The notes under the pieces were generated by a model that saw only the letters and a program-made list of their open reading frames with translations, had not been told where the DNA came from and ran no database searches. Below are positions 37,075 through 42,835 of a DNA stretch of 42,835 nucleotides, piece after piece. Origin of the DNA: a virus. Taxonomy: Duplodnaviria; Heunggongvirae; Uroviricota; Caudoviricetes. The stretch lies in the IMG/VR virus record IMGVR_UViG_3300001336_000001, positions 1 through 42,835 of that record; one strand, 5' to 3'. The position numbers and the translations under genes are program-made. Numbering within the stretch: position 1 is the first letter of the stretch; the number at the start of each line of letters is the position of its first letter.

Positions 37075-37200
37075 AAAACTAACTTCAGAGAGGTGCAAGT
37101 TAATAGGTCGACAAACCCTGGCGCTATTAACCGTTATGATAACTTCGCAAAAGTTATTAACTCCAAGAGTAAAGGGATGTGAGGAGTTAGGTTAGTTTTT
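37075..37200 (+). ncRNA. Unidentified multi-stem structured RNA
   Basis: Closing stem AAAACTAAC/GTTAGTTTT, inner stems TAATAG/CTATTA, ATAACTT/AAGTTAT and TAACTCC/GGAGTTA. No ORF. Confidence 0.45.
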
Positions 37201-37223
37201 TAAAATTGTTCTTTGATATTATA

Positions 37224-37452
37224 ACTATCTGTATTCATTACAGACAAATGATATGGCAAAAATAGGTGCTTAATAGTATACTCGCTACATATCATTAACA
37301 CTTACCCAATAAAGTGTTTAGGTTTGAATGAATGTGTTGTGAAGACCTATTAGGGATAGTGAGTAGTTCTATAGGGATAACTAACTCTCACATAAGTTGT
37401 GTATCAACTAGATGACACTTACAATGCTCCCAATTGGTGGGGACAGATAGTT
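37224..37452 (+). ncRNA. Unidentified multi-stem structured RNA
   Basis: Closing stem AACTATCTGT/ACAGATAGTT, inner stems AATGATATG/CATATCATT, AACACTT/AAGTGTT, GTGAG/CTCAC and others. No ORF. Confidence 0.45.
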
Positions 37453-37564
37453 TTTTAATGGTTTGAGAATCTTAGTTATTGTTGAGTTCCGAGTATCATT
37501 TCTCGGTTTCGCCCTCAACAATTCTTAGGTAAGGTTTGGTAGAGTTCGAATAACTACCATTTTT

Positions 37565-37638
37565 GCGCCCATAGCATAATTGGATAATGCATCTGCCTTC
37601 TAAGCAGACGAGTCCAGGTTCGAATCCTGGTGGGCGTA
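37565..37638 (+). tRNA. trnR: tRNA-Arg (TCT), no encoded CCA
   Basis: GCGCCCA/TGGGCGT acceptor, GCAT/ATGC D-stem, TCTGC-CTTCTAA-GCAGA, CCAGG-TTCGAAT-CCTGG. Confidence 0.95.
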
Positions 37639-37686
37639 CAATTATAATACTATTGTTGTATTTTATTCACCTAAAATAGATTAACC

Positions 37687-38019
37687 ATGTTTGAAAGATT
37701 ACAAAATAATACACAAACACCCAGTGACGAATTCTTATTATTCTCCCTAGAATTCTTAATATTCTTCCTATTACTATCCACTTGGATGATGTTAATTTAT
37801 GTGTTACACTTAATGGGTATTTCTAAATTAAAATTATTTAAAGTTAAACGCAAAACCAAAATAGAAAATCGTTACTCCAAAAATATGGGGAGGTTAATCT
37901 CTAATGTCGTATATATAAAATTATACTTCATAGGAATCCCCATTAAAACAATTCATAAATATAGAACAACATATTATGGTGAAATTAAAAATACTGATGA
38001 CTGTGATTTGAATAAATAG
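37687..38019 (+). CDS. Hypothetical protein, possibly membrane-anchored, start uncertain
   Basis: 110-aa ORF with a hydrophobic segment. Confidence 0.45.
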   Translation: MFERLQNNTQTPSDEFLLFSLEFLIFFLLLSTWMMLIYVLHLMGISKLKLFKVKRKTKIENRYSKNMGRLISNVVYIKLYFIGIPIKTIHKYRTTYYGEIKNTDDCDLNK

Positions 38020-38440
38020 TACATATTAACCCCCAGTGGGAAAAAGTGGTAATTTAATATTATATACCATTTTTCTTAAAAAATTTGTAGAAATTTTATA
38101 CAAAATTTGTGAACGGGTCAGACTTTTTTATACTATCTAACATATCCTACCATTTTTAGGTACATCGCATTACCACATTTTCCCACTTTTTACCACCAAA
38201 TTGTTAAAAAACTAACATTACGTAAAAAAAGTCATAACGTGCGATACACGGTACAAAAAGTACATATATATAGTTAGATATGGTTAGTGTAGATAAAGTG
38301 TGTGTATGGGCTTAAAAAGTGCATATAAATAGAATCCCCATATAGTTTTTATATATGGGGATTTATGATATTATGTTTGTGTTACTTTTTAAAACAGATA
38401 CTTCAAGATTTAAATTTCCTACACAAAAAAAATAAAACTA

Positions 38441-39208
38441 TTACCTAATTTTAACGTGTTCTATAATTCTTAAATTATTAGTATTAAATATAATATATTC
38501 ATAATCTTTATAATTAAAACCATCATAACCACATTTATTAAAAAATAATGAAACATATTTTTCGTAGCTAAGGGGTTTATGATTAAAATAATATATAAGG
38601 AAATCATTAATATCTCTACCTTTATTTTTTTTCAACTCATAAAATATTTCTTTATTTATAGTATTTGGTTTTTCAATCAATAATAGATTTTTGATATTTG
38701 AAATATCATTATTTATTTCATCATGTTCTTTATTGTTTCTAACTTTATATAAGGCATCCTCTAATTTATATAGTAAACTTTTTAAGTCAGAAATACTATA
38801 TATACTATATTCTCTTAAACTAACATATTTATTGTTTGTGTTAATTTCATTTCTAATATTTTCAAATTCTCCATAGCCTAAATTAACTTCAATTTCTTGA
38901 ATAAATTCATCAGTTATTTTATAATCAAGTGGTAATAAATTCAAATTTGATTTATCAACTATTGTCATATAATCCCCATAATCAGATGCTTTAAATGCAG
39001 TTGAAGCAAAATAAATACCCCAACCATGAATTCCTCTATGTGCACCTTTAATATATTCTAATTTAAACTCATGTCTAAAATCATCACTACAATGATACAT
39101 AACATTTTTATTTGAATATTTGTTGCTTATACTTTGGGTTGTGTATTGTATCACTTGTTCATTCAAATATTGACGTAGAGTTGTCGTGATAAGTTTTCTT
39201 GATTCCAT
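38441..39208 (-). CDS. ADP-ribosyltransferase-fold protein (ART-PolyVal-like) with YLNE leader
   Basis: MYHCS…F…HGWGIYFAS…KASDYG…GYDGF…EYIIF pattern matches H-Y-E-type ART cores. TATTTATA motif at 39233-39240. Confidence 0.6.
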   Translation of the reverse strand: MESRKLITTTLRQYLNEQVIQYTTQSISNKYSNKNVMYHCSDDFRHEFKLEYIKGAHRGIHGWGIYFASTAFKASDYGDYMTIVDKSNLNLLPLDYKITDEFIQEIEVNLGYGEFENIRNEINTNNKYVSLREYSIYSISDLKSLLYKLEDALYKVRNNKEHDEINNDISNIKNLLLIEKPNTINKEIFYELKKNKGRDINDFLIYYFNHKPLSYEKYVSLFFNKCGYDGFNYKDYEYIIFNTNNLRIIEHVKIR

Positions 39209-39266
39209 ATTGTTAAATAGTTTTATTCTATATATAAATATGATGTTATCTTAATTAAGATAGTAA

Positions 39267-39494
39267 TCAACAAGGTAATGCATCAAAAATATTACCTATA
39301 AATGTAATATCCTCAAACCCTTCTTTATCTAGGACTACATTTGTAAGGTCATCTTGGTTATACTCATATTCTCTTGAGATTTCTTTATTGTAGTAGTGCC
39401 ACTTACCAGATAACATTACAAATTTAGAAATTCCATTAACTGTTTGACCTATATCATATACATCTCCATTGTTTATTAATATAGTGGGAACCAT
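39267..39494 (-). CDS. Small hypothetical protein
   Basis: 75-aa ORF. Confidence 0.6.
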   Translation of the reverse strand: MVPTILINNGDVYDIGQTVNGISKFVMLSGKWHYYNKEISREYEYNQDDLTNVVLDKEGFEDITFIGNIFDALPC

Positions 39495-39507
39495 TTTTAT
39501 TTTATAT

Positions 39508-39750
39508 TTAGTTATCGAATACGTATATTATGAATCCTATTATGTACATAATTAGTATTAGGGTTATGTTTAAGAATATACCATAAGTTAATGAGGCTAA
39601 TATGGTATTTTCTTTCATGATATATTCTGTTGGTAATTTTATTGCATCATCTAAACCAACGAGAGATATTATAGGTAATATTGAGAATAGTAATAGTATT
39701 CTAAGTATGTATTTCATTTTGTTTGTATTGGGTTGTAATTCTTTTTTCAT
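39508..39750 (-). CDS. Small two-TM membrane protein
   Basis: Two hydrophobic helices. Confidence 0.55.
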   Translation of the reverse strand: MKKELQPNTNKMKYILRILLLFSILPIISLVGLDDAIKLPTEYIMKENTILASLTYGIFLNITLILIMYIIGFIIYVFDN

Positions 39751-39956
39751 TGGATAATTTTTATTTCTATGGTTACTAAATCAATATTATGGAAATCTTT
39801 ATTAGGATACATTCTTTTTAAGTCTTCCCATGTTATATTTTTATTCATAAGATTTATTGGGGTAGAAGAAGTTACCCAATCATCTGTTACTCCTGAAATA
39901 AAACCATAAAACTCTTGATATTCTGTTCCTTTATTTTTTATCTTTTTGGTTTATTT

Positions 39957-40214
39957 TTAACCTTCAGTTTGGTTTATAAGTTCTTTTAATTGTTGTTCCA
40001 GATTTTCAATCTTTGATATGAGTTCGTCATATTTCTTTTGTGCTTGGATATCTGAAGCTGGGAAGTGTTTATTTTTTGTGTTATAGAAACTTGCCATATC
40101 TTTATCTAGTTGATGGAAGTGCCAAAAATATTTTTTTAATGATTTAAGTTCATTCAGTTCTTTTTTTAGTCGTTTTCTCCCCAAACCACTTATTTTATAT
40201 ATTGATTTATTCAT
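39957..40214 (-). CDS. Small coiled-coil hypothetical protein
   Basis: Promoter TATCTTTG at 40258-40265. Confidence 0.65.
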   Translation of the reverse strand: MNKSIYKISGLGRKRLKKELNELKSLKKYFWHFHQLDKDMASFYNTKNKHFPASDIQAQKKYDELISKIENLEQQLKELINQTEG

Positions 40215-40355
40215 TTATTTATTATTAACCTTAAATTATGTTATTTTTTAATTTAAGCAAAGATAGTGATAATATTTTAATTATGTGGATTAATTTAAAA
40301 AAAAATTCCCTTACGGATTTATATAATTACCAGCTCAGTTATTAGCAGTTATTAG

Positions 40356-40672
40356 TTGTGGTTATTACCAACTGTTTCACGCTTTTTGTTTCGAGTAACC
40401 ATGTTGGATATACCTTTCAAATTGTGGTTATTACCAACAACACAAATTAAATAACGATGATAGTATTCGTTGGATATACCTTTCAAATTGTGGTTATTAC
40501 CAACAACACCCATTGGATTACGTTGGATATACCTTTCAAATTGTGGTTATTACCAACATTATTTGATGAGCATCTTCAAGCACAATCGTTGGATATACCT
40601 TTCAAATTGTGGTTATTACCAACACAGATGAATTTTATTTGTAAATACTATTTGTTGGATATACCTTTCAAA
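40356..40672 (-). CRISPR. CRISPR mini-array: four full 36-nt repeats, two terminal half-repeats, five spacers (30, 30, 17, 30, 30 nt)
   Basis: Plus-strand repeat GTTGGATATACCTTTCAAATTGTGGTTATTACCAAC at 40403, 40469, 40522 and 40588. The 17-nt half is at 40356-40372 and the 19-nt half at 40654-40672. Confidence 0.95.
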
Positions 40673-40820
40673 GCAAACCAATTGTCGGGGTATTTACCGA
40701 GTGCGTTATATATAATATATCTATTATCTTTCATATATTAATTAGTTATTAACACCTCAGTTTAAGGCTGTCCAACCAGCCCGACATTTAAGTCAAAATA
40801 TCAAAGAACTTTTTTCTTTA
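40673..40820 (-). ncRNA. Putative tracrRNA/omegaRNA-like scaffold fused to the first CRISPR half-repeat
   Basis: Own promoter TATATTTG at 40826-40833. Stems ATGTCGGG/CCCGACA, GCTG-GTTGGA-CAGC, ACTGAGGTGTTA/TAACGCACTCGGT and TAATATAT/ATATATTA. The loop GTTGGA is complementary to the repeat 3' end TCCAAC. Confidence 0.7.
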
Positions 40821-40844
40821 TAGTACAAATATAGTAATTATTTT

Positions 40845-42134
40845 TTATACTTTCAACAATTCTGTTTCTTTTTTTTCTTTATTTTTTGAATATTTTTCAA
40901 TTTGTTTTATATAATCTTTCGTATGTGCGATTGATATATTTTTTGATGCATTAAAATCTGCGTTATCTTCGAAGTCACAATTCTGACATTTAAATTTTGA
41001 TTGCGATATTCTATTATCTTCATGTATATGACCACAATTTGAACATCTTTGTGATGAATACCTTGGGTTGATTAAATTAACGGTTATTCCGTATTTTTTT
41101 GCTTTATATTTAATCATTGTCTGCAATTCATGATATGACCAGTTTCTTAGAATGAATGAATTTTTTTCATCTTTACCAATACCTTTTAGGTTTTCGATAT
41201 TTATGATTGCGCAGTTATTTTTAATTGCTGCATTAATAATTTCTTTTGATATTGTATGGTTCATTGTTTTTGCAAAATTTCTTTCTTTGATTCCCAAAGA
41301 GTCGAGTTTTTGCATTTTTTTAGTTCGACCTTTACCACCATTTGTATATTTAAGATTTTTGCTAATATTTTTTCTTTGTTTTTGTATTGCTAATCTTACT
41401 TGTAAAAATGATTCTGAACACCCTATTGCTTGTCTAAATTTTTTATTAGTATTAACTGACACGTATGCTGGGTGTGTAATACCTAAATCCACACCTAAGA
41501 CATTATCCTCAATGAGGTTTACTTTTGTTTGGGGTATATCAACAACCATTAACATGAATAATTTATTATCATAGAATTTAAAAGACGAATCACACATTTT
41601 ATATTGGCCAGATATAACTTTATCAACAATTTCCCTATTATTTGACCTATCTCTTCCGAATTTCATTCTAAATGGGATTGAAAAGAATTCAAATGAAGCT
41701 CCAGAATCGTCCATTTGTAAACCTCTAATCGATTTTGACATAAATAATAATGGGAAATCTTTTTTATAAGAGATTATTGATGATTCACCTTTAAGAACAT
41801 CCTTTATGGAGTTTCCAAAATTTGAGAATACGTAAGAATTTATACAACTTCTATAAGATGATGGTAATGTTTCTCTATATTTTTGTGCAAATACTTTATA
41901 ACCCAAATTTCTTTTTGAGGTCTCCAAATATTCATTTAATGATTTTTTGTTACTTGGGTCAATATCTTTATTAATACTATCTAAGAAATAAGTTGACTGC
42001 AAAAGATTCATTATATCATTTGCGTAATTCCTAGATGTATTTGACCAATCCCTAAGGGTTTTATAAAATTCTTTTTTTAGTTCAGTATTTGATTCAGAAA
42101 CGAAGACTTCTATTTTTCTTGTTATTACACTCAT
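40845..42134 (-). CDS. cas12f: Cas12f-family (type V-F/TnpB-derived) miniature RNA-guided nuclease
   Basis: 429 aa. RuvC triad D216 (GVDLG), E314 (IENL) and D393 (NADFNA) is intact. Zn finger CSNC…CQNC. Collinear similarity by eye to AsCas12f1 (SYKKDFPL, NWSYHELQ, YSSQRCS). Adjacent to a CRISPR array. Promoter at 42154-42161. Confidence 0.85.
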   Translation of the reverse strand: MSVITRKIEVFVSESNTELKKEFYKTLRDWSNTSRNYANDIMNLLQSTYFLDSINKDIDPSNKKSLNEYLETSKRNLGYKVFAQKYRETLPSSYRSCINSYVFSNFGNSIKDVLKGESSIISYKKDFPLLFMSKSIRGLQMDDSGASFEFFSIPFRMKFGRDRSNNREIVDKVISGQYKMCDSSFKFYDNKLFMLMVVDIPQTKVNLIEDNVLGVDLGITHPAYVSVNTNKKFRQAIGCSESFLQVRLAIQKQRKNISKNLKYTNGGKGRTKKMQKLDSLGIKERNFAKTMNHTISKEIINAAIKNNCAIINIENLKGIGKDEKNSFILRNWSYHELQTMIKYKAKKYGITVNLINPRYSSQRCSNCGHIHEDNRISQSKFKCQNCDFEDNADFNASKNISIAHTKDYIKQIEKYSKNKEKKETELLKV

Positions 42135-42214
42135 GATTTTTATTTTAGTTTTACAAATATAAGAATAATATTTTAATTATGCAAATTAATTTTTAAATTT
42201 TGATTTATTTGTTT

Positions 42215-42493
42215 TTAATTTATTTCAAAATATTTTTCAATACTATCAATACCACTATTTAAGTCCATTAATATCATACTGAATAATTCTCTATTTGAGT
42301 TAAAGGTGTTTTTTATGACCTCATTAACTTTATTCTCTAGTGATTGTTTATATTTTTTAGTTGAATGCTTTATATCCATCTTAGATTCATTCTCAACATC
42401 ATCTAGTGTATCCAATAATACTTGTGTCTGCAAATAAGCTTTAAGTATTAAATAATCTTGTTTTTTAATTTTTAACTTCGATGTAGTATCCAT
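42215..42493 (-). CDS. Hypothetical helical protein
   Basis: 92-aa ORF. Confidence 0.6.
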   Translation of the reverse strand: MDTTSKLKIKKQDYLILKAYLQTQVLLDTLDDVENESKMDIKHSTKKYKQSLENKVNEVIKNTFNSNRELFSMILMDLNSGIDSIEKYFEIN

Positions 42494-42834
42494 TTATTAT
42501 TAATTTCTTTATATAGAATAAAATCCCCAATGAAATCATATCTAGATATTAAGTAACCTTCAGTATTACTACCCTCATCTCCCGATTCCTTTGTTGTTTT
42601 AAAGTTGTTAGTTTCAATTAACCTTTTCAAATCCTCAACCCTTATCAACCATAGTTCTTTTGGTTTTAAATTTCCAAACATATAAGCATATATGTCGGCC
42701 TTTGTGGTTCTTATACCAGCTTCTCTATTCCAAGATGTATACTCAATAAAGATATTACCAGTGTCACTTGTTGGTAACCACGATAGTGTTGGTGTTATAC
42801 ATTTTTGGTCATTCTTAACCTCAACTTTGAATTC
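42472..42834 (-). CDS. PD-(D/E)xK nuclease-fold phage protein, 5' end outside the window
   Basis: The frame is open to the window edge: EFKVEVKNDQ…TGNIFIEY…GIRTTKAD… has an ExK core. The track's 69-aa ORF is only its C-terminus. Confidence 0.6.
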   Translation of the reverse strand, partial: EFKVEVKNDQKCITPTLSWLPTSDTGNIFIEYTSWNREAGIRTTKADIYAYMFGNLKPKELWLIRVEDLKRLIETNNFKTTKESGDEGSNTEGYLISRYDFIGDFILYKEINNKWILHRS

Positions 42835-42835
42835 T

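Noticed and set aside
37082-37110. Lysine or c-di-GMP riboswitch-like words (AGAGGTGC, GCAAA)
   Set aside because: Only short word matches. The required helix architecture and a downstream regulated gene are missing.
40373-40381. parS-like TGTTTCACG at the start of a spacer
   Set aside because: Only 9 of the 16 bp match and the second arm is absent, so chance is likely.
40624-40653. First spacer resembling the phage promoter motif (self-regulation)
   Set aside because: Similarity is limited to a short AT-rich TTTGTAAA-type stretch. No extended protospacer was seen in the window.
40457-40741. 94-aa ORF with repeated LDIPFKLWLLPT
   Set aside because: It is a translation of the CRISPR repeats.
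1330-41574. Many short opposite-strand ORFs in the track (e.g. 1626-1832, 7624-7986, 9011-9343, 14170-14490, 29194-29436, 41152-41574)
   Set aside because: They are antisense shadows of longer, promoter-supported genes, with no promoter or family motifs of their own.
40845-42134. IS200/IS605 or IS607 transposon (plain TnpB)
   Set aside because: No adjacent Y1 or serine transposase and no recognisable IS ends. The guide RNA has its own promoter and a true repeat-spacer array.
1-42835. Stop-codon recoding, as in some Bacteroidota phages
   Set aside because: Long genes are intact under code 11, TAG is used as a stop (e.g. at 3465) and no suppressor tRNA is seen.

Overview
Strongly AT-rich fragment of a large tailed-phage genome, most likely infecting a Bacteroidota host. 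The evidence is dozens of TTTG-N19-21-TAnnTTTG promoters, starts without Shine-Dalgarno sequences, no host housekeeping genes and standard stop-codon use. There are four zones. (i) 1-7270: helicase and putative late/virion-associated enzymes. (ii) 7310-7460: a G/C-run boundary element. (iii) ~7.6-35.3 kb: an early 'host-takeover'-style region of ~60 small, mostly minus-strand ORFs. About 45 of them (hand count) have their own near-identical promoter, often fused to the upstream terminator. This zone also holds nine copies of a promoter-driven three-hairpin small RNA, a tRNA-like element and a recurring 20-bp palindrome. (iv) 35.8-42.8 kb: Nudix hydrolase, a tRNA/ncRNA cluster (tRNA-CAT, tRNA-Arg-TCT), an ADP-ribosyltransferase-like gene and a compact Cas12f-family nuclease with an intact RuvC triad. 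Downstream of the nuclease is a separately promoted ~150-nt folded RNA fused directly to a half-repeat, opening a 5-spacer CRISPR mini-array that starts and ends with complementary repeat halves. The best candidates for undescribed biology are this Cas12f/scaffold-fused array and the dispersed small-RNA family. All family assignments come from motif recognition by eye; no database searches were run.
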